From a virus (taxonomy: Duplodnaviria; Caudoviricetes): a stretch of DNA of 64,000 nucleotides. Shown piece by piece: positions 29,456 through 38,327 of this stretch. The stretch lies in the IMG/VR virus record IMGVR_UViG_3300023119_000004; one strand, 5' to 3'. Made by a program: the position numbers and the translations under genes. Every line of letters begins with the position of its first letter. The first letter of the stretch is position 1. A model generated the notes under the pieces. It was not told where the DNA came from and searched no databases. It saw only the letters and a program-made list of their open reading frames with translations.

Positions 29456-30157
29456 CTATTTCCAATTTTCTTTGCACCAAGGATCAATGCAATCTTTTGG
29501 ATTCGGATCACCATGAAAAACTGCAACACTTGTTTCGGGTAGAATTTTTGGTACGCCAGGAGAGACAAAGTTGCGTTTACCTGTAATACGTGTCATTTCG
29601 GGTCTGCCACGCATTTCCCATTTATAACTTTGTATCCATTCGTCAGGCCAAAAGTTAAATTCTGAACGAACATTTTCATATAGCCAATCTTGATCTCCAT
29701 GATATCTTTTTGAATGATATCCAGGCTGTTCCATAAACCTTTGATATACAACCTTGTGTTGTCCTGTTTCTAATCTAAATATACTAGAGTTCATTCGAGA
29801 CCATGTCGATTGCATTGATCTATTAAAATCTCTAATAACACAGAACTCACCTGCCTTATATGTAAACAGTTTATCTATGTTATCAAAGATAATAACATCT
29901 AGATCAATATAAAGTACTGTACCATGTATTCCTAAATTAGGATTAAAGAACATAGTCTTGTACCACCAACCATTAATTTCAGGATGCTTTTGAATAGGCA
30001 TAACTTGTATGCCCGGGTTAATTCCTGTAGCATCTTCTGTAAAGCAGACAAAGGTATGAGGTACTGTTAGATTACGACTAACCATACTATGCAAAGTGTT
30101 TACATACTCAGCACTATATTTGTTACCGTATTTTAAGCAAACAACATAGTTAGCCAC
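29456..30157 (-). CDS. Glycosyltransferase-like protein (GT-A, DxD)
   Basis: CLKYGNKY, GWWYK, YIDLDVII, NSS, GDQDW, FHGDPNP. Confidence 0.75.
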   Translation of the reverse strand: MANYVVCLKYGNKYSAEYVNTLHSMVSRNLTVPHTFVCFTEDATGINPGIQVMPIQKHPEINGWWYKTMFFNPNLGIHGTVLYIDLDVIIFDNIDKLFTYKAGEFCVIRDFNRSMQSTWSRMNSSIFRLETGQHKVVYQRFMEQPGYHSKRYHGDQDWLYENVRSEFNFWPDEWIQSYKWEMRGRPEMTRITGKRNFVSPGVPKILPETSVAVFHGDPNPKDCIDPWCKENWK

Positions 30158-30167
30158 TGTGCCCTCC

Positions 30168-30719
30168 TTACATTGATGTATTTACTGGACCGTATGATTT
30201 AGTATTCATTGCTTTCATAGGATTAGCACCCAAACTTAACGTTACCCTTGGACCTATAATCATAGGTTTGTGATTTGTTAGTCTTGGTAATAAAATTGCA
30301 TCACCCGGATTTAGTGTGTAGATTGTTTTTTCTTGAGTATCTTTATCAGTTACTAAGTAAGCAACCTGTCCGTATCCTTGAATTAGTAATACAGTTTCAT
30401 AGTCATTATGAAGCATTAAACTATTGTGTGTGTCACTCATGCTGTAAAATAAACTAGCATTGAAGTGAGTTTCAGTTTCGTGTCGATCATAGTTTGATTG
30501 GAAGTCAAGCATATACTTTTGCAATCTCTTATCAGATCCAACATCGGGCAAGTGCGATCCGCCTCTTGCTAATTCATCGACATTAGTAATTGTTGCTTTG
30601 TATTGATTTACTTCTACAAGAGTTTCAAAATTAATATCGTTTTTTGCATCGGGAAAAGCATTACGATAAACAGCAACGTTTAGATTTTTACGATCTTCGT
30701 TTACTTGACTCCAATCCAT
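30168..30719 (-). CDS. Cupin/JmjC-like oxygenase
   Basis: HND...LIQGYG...LNPGDAILLP...H; start moved to ATG 30719 (GAGG RBS) to avoid the queD overlap. Confidence 0.65.
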   Translation of the reverse strand: MDWSQVNEDRKNLNVAVYRNAFPDAKNDINFETLVEVNQYKATITNVDELARGGSHLPDVGSDKRLQKYMLDFQSNYDRHETETHFNASLFYSMSDTHNSLMLHNDYETVLLIQGYGQVAYLVTDKDTQEKTIYTLNPGDAILLPRLTNHKPMIIGPRVTLSLGANPMKAMNTKSYGPVNTSM

Positions 30720-30720
30720 C

Positions 30721-31170
30721 TTACGCCTCGTAGATTGCAGAGTTAGCACCGTGTTCTGCACATTCTACCTTAACGCAATAACAACGATTATCTGTCTTTT
30801 CTCTAATTAGTTTGTCTGCAAAATTAAATGCGTGTTCTGCAAACTTCTCTGCACCAACACCATCAAATATTCTTAGTTCTGCTAGACCCAGTGCTTCTAG
30901 TTTTTGTAATTCTTCTAAAAATGGATCTGCTCGATCTACTGCTACCTTGTGATCAAAACTATCTTCTAGCCAAGCCTTTAGTGGTTTTAGTCCTCCAAAG
31001 TCTACTGCCCAGTTTTTGTTATCTAGTTCATCACAACCAAATGTGAATGTAAATGCTAGACTGTAACCGTGTAGTAGATGGCAATGTGAATGATCTGCGT
31101 TTGGTTGTCTAAAGACTGCCGATAGGCCAATATTATGACCATAATGTTTTGTACTGTAATGTTTACCCAT
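30721..31170 (-). CDS. queD: QueD / 6-pyruvoyl-tetrahydropterin synthase family protein
   Basis: HCHLLHGY, VDFGGLK, FDHK, EKFAE motifs. Confidence 0.88.
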   Translation of the reverse strand: MGKHYSTKHYGHNIGLSAVFRQPNADHSHCHLLHGYSLAFTFTFGCDELDNKNWAVDFGGLKPLKAWLEDSFDHKVAVDRADPFLEELQKLEALGLAELRIFDGVGAEKFAEHAFNFADKLIREKTDNRCYCVKVECAEHGANSAIYEA

Positions 31171-31236
31171 TATTAACTCCTATATATAATGGCGGCAGAA
31201 TTAGAAGGGGTGACGCCAAGTCCTATATTAAACATA
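31171..31236 (-). ncRNA. Candidate structured 5' leader (possible H-type pseudoknot) of queD
   Basis: UAGGA/UUCUA stem with loop UGGCG complementary to downstream CGCCA, between a sigma70 promoter and the queD RBS. Confidence 0.35.
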
Positions 31237-31242
31237 TTGTAT

Positions 31243-31271
31243 AGTATATACAATTTATTTGCTTTTGTCAA
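31243..31271 (-). promoter_or_regulatory. Sigma70-type promoter TTGACA-17-TATACT
   Basis: Hexamers upstream of the queD leader. Confidence 0.8.
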
Positions 31272-31866
31272 GTCTTTTGTGGTACGTATTAAAACTTATA
31301 GTTACTCGTTTTGTAGTTGTGTTTGGTGTTGAATAGTGATACAACCAACTAGGAAACAGTATTAACAGTTCGCTTCTAGGTTGAAACTCCATATTATTAG
31401 TTGTATAATACGTAGCCTTGTTGTGTATTTCAGCCATTTTAGGTCCAAGTATAGGACTTTCAAATACTAGTGGCGCACTACCTTCTTCAACAATTGGATA
31501 ATATGCTCCGCTAATAATTGATAACTCGTGCCTGTGTTTGTTGATTACACCTTGTTCCTCTTGTATGTTAAGCCAACTCTTTCCAAGTTCTACAATGTCA
31601 AGACCTGCATCTTCACAATACTCGTCAAGACAATCCTGAATGCCTGTTCTTACTTTTGTTAATTCTTTCGAATGTAGAAAGTTCATTTCATGTTGGCTAG
31701 AAGTTTTACCATTGCCAATATCATCAGGCCATACAGTTAGGTCTTTGTAGTTGTTTAGATATTCTTTTTCTTCAGTGCCAAAAGGAACTTGGTACACCTG
31801 TACTAGTGTAGGAAAGATATCATATGTTGCTTTTCTAAACGTTCCGTCAACTATCGACGCTCTCAT
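31255..31866 (-). CDS. 2OG-Fe(II) oxygenase (TIGR02466-like)
   Basis: KSWLN, HRH, ISGAYY, LFPSWLYH, RVTISFN. Confidence 0.82.
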   Translation of the reverse strand: MRASIVDGTFRKATYDIFPTLVQVYQVPFGTEEKEYLNNYKDLTVWPDDIGNGKTSSQHEMNFLHSKELTKVRTGIQDCLDEYCEDAGLDIVELGKSWLNIQEEQGVINKHRHELSIISGAYYPIVEEGSAPLVFESPILGPKMAEIHNKATYYTTNNMEFQPRSELLILFPSWLYHYSTPNTTTKRVTISFNTYHKRLDKSK

Positions 31867-32497
31867 GCTTTTCCATCCTATAATCTCTTAGAGTAGAGTA
31901 GTAATCTCTGTCCATGTGTCGAACTGTATTAAAACTAATTGTATATCTTTTTTGTGTAGGATTTCTAGGAACACTATGTCGCAACCAACTTGGGAAAATA
32001 ACTAATAGTCCTGTCTTTGGCATACATTCAATTTCGTAACGATTATAATTTGTAAGGTTGATACTGTTAGTGTTCATAAAGTTTGCTTGAATAGGACTTT
32101 CAAGAATTAAAGGCGAACTGCCTGGATCAACATAAGGATAGTATGCTCCACTAATAACACTTCTTTCGTGTCTGTGAGCATCAACTAAACCACCTTCATA
32201 CAAACAATTAAACCAACTAGTACTAAGCAATGTATAATCAATACCTGCTTCTTGTGTATAAATGTCACAGCACTCTTGAATTGTTTTCCATAGGTCTGTT
32301 AGTCTTTTGTCATTTAGGAATTGTTCGTCACCTTTAATATAACTACTTTGGCCTTCGTGAACTAATCTATGATTTCCTGTTGCTTCGAACTTTTCGATTA
32401 ATTCTAAAACTGTTTTTTCATCTTTGTGTCCTTCTAATTCAAAAGTTGAGATTAGAGTAGGAAAAGCCTGATGATGAACAAAATCAATTGCTGACAT
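31847..32497 (-). CDS. 2OG-Fe(II) oxygenase (TIGR02466-like), tandem paralog
   Basis: SWFN, HRH, ISGAYY, IFPSWLRH, RYTISFN. Confidence 0.82.
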   Translation of the reverse strand: MSAIDFVHHQAFPTLISTFELEGHKDEKTVLELIEKFEATGNHRLVHEGQSSYIKGDEQFLNDKRLTDLWKTIQECCDIYTQEAGIDYTLLSTSWFNCLYEGGLVDAHRHERSVISGAYYPYVDPGSSPLILESPIQANFMNTNSINLTNYNRYEIECMPKTGLLVIFPSWLRHSVPRNPTQKRYTISFNTVRHMDRDYYSTLRDYRMEKHESVDS

Positions 32498-33056
32498 TAA
32501 AAACTCCTATATCTAAATTCTTTAAGTTACTGTACTTATCGGGCCAGATTTTTTTATTGTAATTCCTGAACTTAATATTGGGAAAGTTCTCTATTACTTT
32601 GCCTATTTGGTAAATCCAATAACTTGGATCAACAGGCTTTTTGGTTTCGGCATCGTAGTTTTTAGTTCCTTTATAAATGTTGTTTACAAACTTTGTTTCG
32701 CTATAAAGATCAAATCCGATTAGATCTACAGTATCTTTGGTTAGCATAGCACCAAGCAATACTGCATAAGGTCCGCTACCCCAATGCCACGGGTCATCTG
32801 GCCTAATCCATTCTGATCCACTATAAGGTAATTGCGGTAGTGTATGCACTTCATTAAATTGATTACTCCAGTCTTTCCTAGTCCAGATCACGCCTTTATA
32901 ACCACCAGTTTGTGCTTCAATAACCATGCGTTTATCACAGCATACTAGATGATCAACAGCATAGTCTCGATATACTGCATTACATCCTACTTTAATACCA
33001 GTATATTGTCCTATGTCAATACCTTTTCTAGACTCTCCGTTGCCAATTACAAGCAT
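32484..33056 (-). CDS. Conserved phage protein with Rossmann-like GNGESR start (glycosylation-related, tentative)
   Basis: VIGNGESR, GCNAVYRD, WGSGPYA, LIGFDL; start set at ATG 33056. Confidence 0.55.
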   Translation of the reverse strand: MLVIGNGESRKGIDIGQYTGIKVGCNAVYRDYAVDHLVCCDKRMVIEAQTGGYKGVIWTRKDWSNQFNEVHTLPQLPYSGSEWIRPDDPWHWGSGPYAVLLGAMLTKDTVDLIGFDLYSETKFVNNIYKGTKNYDAETKKPVDPSYWIYQIGKVIENFPNIKFRNYNKKIWPDKYSNLKNLDIGVFNVSN

Positions 33057-33066
33057 AGCAATATTT

Positions 33067-33074
33067 AATAAATA
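33067..33074 (+). promoter_or_regulatory. T4-late-like promoter AATAAATA
   Basis: Upstream of the plus-strand tail-fibre pair. Confidence 0.65.
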
Positions 33075-33100
33075 CAATAGTTACAAGGAATAATACTGAA

Positions 33101-35221
33101 ATGACAGCGGCATATTACGATTTTTTTAGACAAATAAGACTCTTTAGTCAAGATGGTACTCTACTGCATACTATGGAAGCAGATAGTACTACAGACTATG
33201 TAGATATCCTACCTGGTGAAGGTGTACGTTGGAACAACGTAAATGACTCAACAGTTGATGGGTTTGTTCTTGATGTCCAGTATAACTTCGAAGTACCCCT
33301 TGCTTCAACTACTTTACGATTGTCAGATGTAAATGCAAATGCTAAAGATATTGAATTAGTTGCAGGAACTAATATTAGTATTGTTCGTAACAATAGTGGT
33401 AGATTAACATTTTCAGCACTAGTTGGTGGTGTTAGTAAAAGTATTCAAACTATTACCACAACAAATCCAGTTAGAATTACAACAGTTAATCAACACGACT
33501 TTGCGGAAGGTACTCCGGTAACTATTGTAGATGTTGTTGGTACAACAGAATTGAACGGTAATGAATACTTTATGGACATTATCGATTCAACAACATTTGA
33601 TTTATACACAGACGAAGATAGAACTGTTCCACTAGATGGTACAGCATTTACAGCATACGTTTCGGGTGGTGTTGCTACTGCTGACTATGGTGGTGCAAAA
33701 CAAGCATTTAAAACAATCGCTGTTACAGGGCAATCTCCTATAGTAGCAGACAACGTTCAAGACACGTTAACAATCACTGGCGGCGGAGGTATTGATATTA
33801 CAACATTCCCCGGTAGTGATGCAATGACTATCGAAATTGACACAAACGTTATTACATCAACAGGTAGTCAAACACTAGTAAACAAAACACTAGCATTCCA
33901 AAACAACACGATTACAATGTTGTTAAGTGAATTAAACACGGCAGTTACTGATACAGATGTTGTTGGTATTGATGAAACACAAACACTTACAAACAAAACA
34001 CTAACAGCACCAGTTATTTCAAGTATTAGTAATACAGGTACGTTAACACTTCCAACAGATACTGATACACTAGTTGGTAGAGCAACAACAGATACACTTA
34101 CAAATAAAAGTATTGACTTTAATGATAATACTGTTACAATGACGTTTGCTCAGTTGAATACTGCAATAAGTGATGCAACAGTTGTTGATCTAGATGATTC
34201 TCAAACACTTACAAATAAGTCAATTGATGCAAGTAACAATACACTTTCAAACATTGCAAACTCGTCATTAACAAACAGCAGTATTACTTTTAGTGACGGT
34301 ACTACTACAGACGCAACAGCATTAGGCGGAACATTTACAGTTACCGGAGGTACAGGACTTACGTCAACTGTAAGCACTGGTGCAGTAACACTTGCTATTG
34401 ATACTACAGTTGTTACATTAACAGGAACACAAACACTGACAAACAAATCAATTGATGCGAGTCAGTTAACAGGCACAGTTGATAATGCTAGACTTGACCA
34501 ACAATTACAAGATGTTGCAGGAATGACTCCAACAGACAGTAATTTTATTGTTGGTGACGGTACAAACTTTGTATTAGAATCTGGTGCAACAGCAAGAACA
34601 AGTTTAGGTTTAACTATTGGTACAGATGTACAAGCCTGGGACGCAGACCTTGATGCACTTGCTGGGTTAACTTCTGCGGCAGATAAAGGAATTTATTGGA
34701 CTGGTGCTAATACTGCTGGTACATTTGATTTTTATAACATTGGTAGAACATTCTTAGGTGCAACTAACGTAGGTAATGCCGCTGGTTCACAGCGTAAGTT
34801 ATTAGGTTTAGATAATGACGACAATGTTACACACGGTAGTTTAGGTGTTGGTACTACAGCAAGTGGTACAGCAGGTGAGATTAGAGCCACAGATAACATC
34901 ACAGCATACTATTCATCAGACATGGCACTAAAAGAAAATATAACAGTTATTGATAATGCACTTGATAAACTTAAACAGTTAAACGGTGTGTTCTTTGACT
35001 GGACAAAAGAATATATGGATAAACGTGGAGGCGAAGATGGATACTTTGTCAAGAAGAAAGACACAGGTATTATTGCACAAGACGTAGAAAAAGTATTACC
35101 TGAAATTGTAAGAACCAAACAAGACGGGTTCAAAGGCGTACAATACGAAAAACTTGCTGGATTACTAATCGAAGCAATTAAAGAACTAAACGAAAAAGTA
35201 GATAATTTGAGGAAGTCATAA
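33101..35221 (+). CDS. Tail fibre with QTLTNK repeats and C-terminal intramolecular chaperone (peptidase S74-like)
   Basis: At least five (Q/D)TLxNK(T/S) repeats; AYYSSDMALKENI...GIIAQDV...YEKLAGLLIEAIKEL. Confidence 0.85.
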   Translation: MTAAYYDFFRQIRLFSQDGTLLHTMEADSTTDYVDILPGEGVRWNNVNDSTVDGFVLDVQYNFEVPLASTTLRLSDVNANAKDIELVAGTNISIVRNNSGRLTFSALVGGVSKSIQTITTTNPVRITTVNQHDFAEGTPVTIVDVVGTTELNGNEYFMDIIDSTTFDLYTDEDRTVPLDGTAFTAYVSGGVATADYGGAKQAFKTIAVTGQSPIVADNVQDTLTITGGGGIDITTFPGSDAMTIEIDTNVITSTGSQTLVNKTLAFQNNTITMLLSELNTAVTDTDVVGIDETQTLTNKTLTAPVISSISNTGTLTLPTDTDTLVGRATTDTLTNKSIDFNDNTVTMTFAQLNTAISDATVVDLDDSQTLTNKSIDASNNTLSNIANSSLTNSSITFSDGTTTDATALGGTFTVTGGTGLTSTVSTGAVTLAIDTTVVTLTGTQTLTNKSIDASQLTGTVDNARLDQQLQDVAGMTPTDSNFIVGDGTNFVLESGATARTSLGLTIGTDVQAWDADLDALAGLTSAADKGIYWTGANTAGTFDFYNIGRTFLGATNVGNAAGSQRKLLGLDNDDNVTHGSLGVGTTASGTAGEIRATDNITAYYSSDMALKENITVIDNALDKLKQLNGVFFDWTKEYMDKRGGEDGYFVKKKDTGIIAQDVEKVLPEIVRTKQDGFKGVQYEKLAGLLIEAIKELNEKVDNLRKS

Positions 35222-36786
35222 TGCCCCTTCCTACCACCGGCGCACTATCACTAGACGACATTCAACAAGAATATAAACAGGCCGCAAGTGGCACTGAAGT
35301 TGCTCTTAATGATTATAGAGCCTACTATGACACATCAAAAATCTTTGTATTTTTAAGCCTTACAAATGGCAAACTAGCAATTGGTAGTTTTACCGCAGAT
35401 CAAGATGTTTATTATCCATTTAATCGAATTGAAATAGTTATTAGAGCAGATTCTACACTTACAGGCATTCCGGTCAGGATTAGCAGTAGTGACGAAAATG
35501 GCAATGCTGATCTAATAAGTTCTACAAATGGTGTAACAAATAACAATGCAGACACAGGAAATACTATGATTGCTGTTGACGGAACAAACAGTTATTTTGA
35601 TAGTTTAACATCAGCCGGGCCAAGCACTAACTCTTTTTATGTAAAAACTGATACTGCTAGTCACGGATCTTTTAAATTTAGATTTTATCCTGATGTTCCA
35701 AGTGGAAATTTAGTATATAGGCACTCACCTAGTTGTGTAATTAATATTCCAACAAACATTCTCGGAGGCAGTGAACTTACTTTAGCAAACAACGGTAATT
35801 ATTTTGCTATTGATAGTAATACTAGTTTTGCTTCAATGTTAAAGAATGGAAGATCCTGGTCATTCCAGATGACGTGTGATCCTATTCCTAGTTTATATAG
35901 TGGGGGATCATATCTTGCAGTATACATTGGACCATTCTATCTTGCGACAGCAACTGGCGCGGCACCATACACATACTCATTTGGCACAGCATTTAATATG
36001 GCTTGGCGACAAACAGGCAGTTATGTTGGGGGCGGCGGATTAGCCAACAACGCTAATAACGTAGCACAGGTTATTGCGGCTAACACAGGCCAGGCAACAC
36101 TCGGTGGTGCTGTTACTGGAATAACGCTATCATGGACGCGAAGCAACTCTTTATTAACCGGCACTATTACAAACAACAGTGGAAGTGATTACTTGGTTGG
36201 AAAATATACAGGAGGCGGCACTAATAGATTTATGCCTTGTACTGTTGCTTATACCGATGCAAACACAGCGAATACATTTACTAATAGTAGTACTACTTGG
36301 GGAGACCCTCATGTTAGACAAGCATACGGAAGTTCTTTAAGTTTTCAAGTCCAATTAACATATACCGATCAAGGTAGTCAACAAACTCAGTATGTTAGAA
36401 CAGTTAATTGTCCCCATGGTGCAACATTTGGTACTGTTAGAACAACTATTAAAGAAGCCCTTAAAGAAGTTTATTATACCGGTGATCCTAGATCAATAAA
36501 TCCGCCACAAGCAGATTATCCTATTTTTGATTTTGAAGATGTAGCAGGTGGATTAAAAGTAACAAGAGTTGGTGGTAGAGGAACACTAACAGGAACAATA
36601 ACTTTTATTGATACAAGTCTTGCAACAGTACAACTTTCAAATGATGTAACAACAGGCGCGGCAAATACCGGCATTACTTACACAGCCGCAGGAAGTCTAC
36701 AAGCAGACGTTACCAATAACAATGTTGAAAGATCACTTTTAAATATGTCAGTTGAAGATTATAGGGGAGGTGCAATTGATGTATAA
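35221..36786 (+). CDS. Putative tail/receptor-binding protein
   Basis: MPLPTTGALSLDDIQQEY N-terminus typical of genes following S74 fibres; Gly/Thr/Asn-rich; 1-nt overlap with the fibre gene. Confidence 0.6.
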   Translation: MPLPTTGALSLDDIQQEYKQAASGTEVALNDYRAYYDTSKIFVFLSLTNGKLAIGSFTADQDVYYPFNRIEIVIRADSTLTGIPVRISSSDENGNADLISSTNGVTNNNADTGNTMIAVDGTNSYFDSLTSAGPSTNSFYVKTDTASHGSFKFRFYPDVPSGNLVYRHSPSCVINIPTNILGGSELTLANNGNYFAIDSNTSFASMLKNGRSWSFQMTCDPIPSLYSGGSYLAVYIGPFYLATATGAAPYTYSFGTAFNMAWRQTGSYVGGGGLANNANNVAQVIAANTGQATLGGAVTGITLSWTRSNSLLTGTITNNSGSDYLVGKYTGGGTNRFMPCTVAYTDANTANTFTNSSTTWGDPHVRQAYGSSLSFQVQLTYTDQGSQQTQYVRTVNCPHGATFGTVRTTIKEALKEVYYTGDPRSINPPQADYPIFDFEDVAGGLKVTRVGGRGTLTGTITFIDTSLATVQLSNDVTTGAANTGITYTAAGSLQADVTNNNVERSLLNMSVEDYRGGAIDV

Positions 36787-36890
36787 CAAAGAGCATGAAG
36801 AATTTTTAAAAGAAAGAAAAAGAATAGCAGAAGAATCTAAAAGAAATCAACCATTCCTTCCTCCATTGCTACTTCCTGATCAAGAAGAAT

Positions 36891-37187
36891 CTACTTCTTC
36901 TCTTCCCGCTTCAGATCTCGACGAATAGTTTTAAGTTCTTTAACAACTTCAAGAAATTTTAATCTATTATCTTCAAGCATATCTGTTAAACTTTTTACAG
37001 CATAGATAACCCACCACCACCAAGTAAAGGCAGTAACGCCAAATCCAACTGCTATAATGAGTAATACCCAATCGTAAAAATGTGCTATGTCAAAGATTAG
37101 TACTAGTATTAGTGCGAAAAGTGCTGTTAAAGGAAGCACCCGTCCCATCCACGCCCATATTTTGACGTGCTTTTCAAATTTGTTCAT
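36891..37187 (-). CDS. Two-TM membrane protein with C-terminal coiled coil
   Basis: Two hydrophobic spans, WWWW motif, charged tail. Confidence 0.65.
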   Translation of the reverse strand: MNKFEKHVKIWAWMGRVLPLTALFALILVLIFDIAHFYDWVLLIIAVGFGVTAFTWWWWVIYAVKSLTDMLEDNRLKFLEVVKELKTIRRDLKREEKK

Positions 37188-37188
37188 T

Positions 37189-38307
37189 CTATGCTCCTAT
37201 TGTGCCAAATGGTTTCCATTCGCCTGGGGTTCCTTCGCGAATGCAAACCCAACCAACATATCCTGTTGGGGTTGGATGTTCATTCCAAACAATATCGCCT
37301 CTTGCGTAGATACCAGTTGACGGAGCCTCATTTCCAATTTCGAATTTTTTACCTTGAAATTTAATAGGTCCACCTACACTTAGTGGAGCATCAGGATTGT
37401 TTACGCCAATCCCTAGTTTACCTTTTACAGTAACCTGTGCTTCTACATCTGTTCCTAGTTCAATCTTTCCGTTAGCCTTAACTTTAATTCTAACTTGATC
37501 GTCTGTAACTATTTCCAGATCGTGTGTTGTGTATGTTCCTGTTTTTACACTATTGTAATCAGGGTCGACAATGTATTCAACTTCATTGCTACAAACACTT
37601 AATTGACCGTTAGCGGCTTCAGTACCAATACCAAGACGCATACCATCTCCATCATAGAAGATAAATTGATCAATTATTAAGTTGCCTTCAGTTCTTAAGT
37701 TTCTTAGTGTGCCTACTGATCTTAGGCTACTGTCTTGAATAGACTCACCTAATGCTGTTTCACTAATTGCTGTTTTATTGTTAATTTTGTATTCTTTACC
37801 CTCACGTAGATCAAAGTCTTCAGTAGACCATAATCTATCTGGGTGAGCCTGCATTACAAGTTGCCTAGTGTAATCTACTCCAGTCCACATAAGGCCCTTG
37901 CCGTATAAACTTTCTTCTTCACAGTTAAAAGTTAAAGGACTAGTTCTTTCATTACGGACGTCTGCTTGGAGTTCGTTTACTATCATCTTCTGAGCGTGTA
38001 CAGTACCTACAACGTTTAAGTTACGTTCTACTTGTACATCTCCAAGAAGTTTAACAGTATCAATACTGTCAACTGAAATCTTACCATTCTCAACAATCAA
38101 TGACTGCTGACTAGCACGGTCCTGAATACCTACACTAGTAAAATGGCTGATCATACCACCGTGTACCCAATCGCCACTAATTTCATCATTAGTGAACGTT
38201 GCCTTAGGTGGCTGTCTATTCGCTAGGGTGTCAATTGCTTGACCTAACTGCTGAAGGCCGTTTTTAACGGCTAGGATTTCTGTTTCTTGAAGATCATTAT
38301 TGCTCAT
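37189..38307 (-). CDS. Putative virion protein with beta-repeat and GDIVWN C-terminal domain
   Basis: LGIGT/LGIGV repeats; GDIVWNEHP...GWVC; late promoter upstream. Confidence 0.55.
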   Translation of the reverse strand: MSNNDLQETEILAVKNGLQQLGQAIDTLANRQPPKATFTNDEISGDWVHGGMISHFTSVGIQDRASQQSLIVENGKISVDSIDTVKLLGDVQVERNLNVVGTVHAQKMIVNELQADVRNERTSPLTFNCEEESLYGKGLMWTGVDYTRQLVMQAHPDRLWSTEDFDLREGKEYKINNKTAISETALGESIQDSSLRSVGTLRNLRTEGNLIIDQFIFYDGDGMRLGIGTEAANGQLSVCSNEVEYIVDPDYNSVKTGTYTTHDLEIVTDDQVRIKVKANGKIELGTDVEAQVTVKGKLGIGVNNPDAPLSVGGPIKFQGKKFEIGNEAPSTGIYARGDIVWNEHPTPTGYVGWVCIREGTPGEWKPFGTIGA

Positions 38308-38312
38308 ATTAT

Positions 38313-38320
38313 TATTTATC
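38313..38320 (-). promoter_or_regulatory. T4-late-like promoter GATAAATA
   Basis: Intergenic motif upstream of 37189..38307. Confidence 0.65.
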
Positions 38321-38327
38321 TAGATTG

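Noticed and set aside
31171-31236. Calling the queD leader a canonical preQ1-I riboswitch
   Set aside because: It lacks the A-rich 3' tail and loop consensus I recall for preQ1-I; kept only as an unclassified candidate.
36779-36928. Possible 49-aa plus-strand ORF after the tail-fibre pair
   Set aside because: Low-complexity, overlaps the convergent gene and has no recognisable motif; not supportable.
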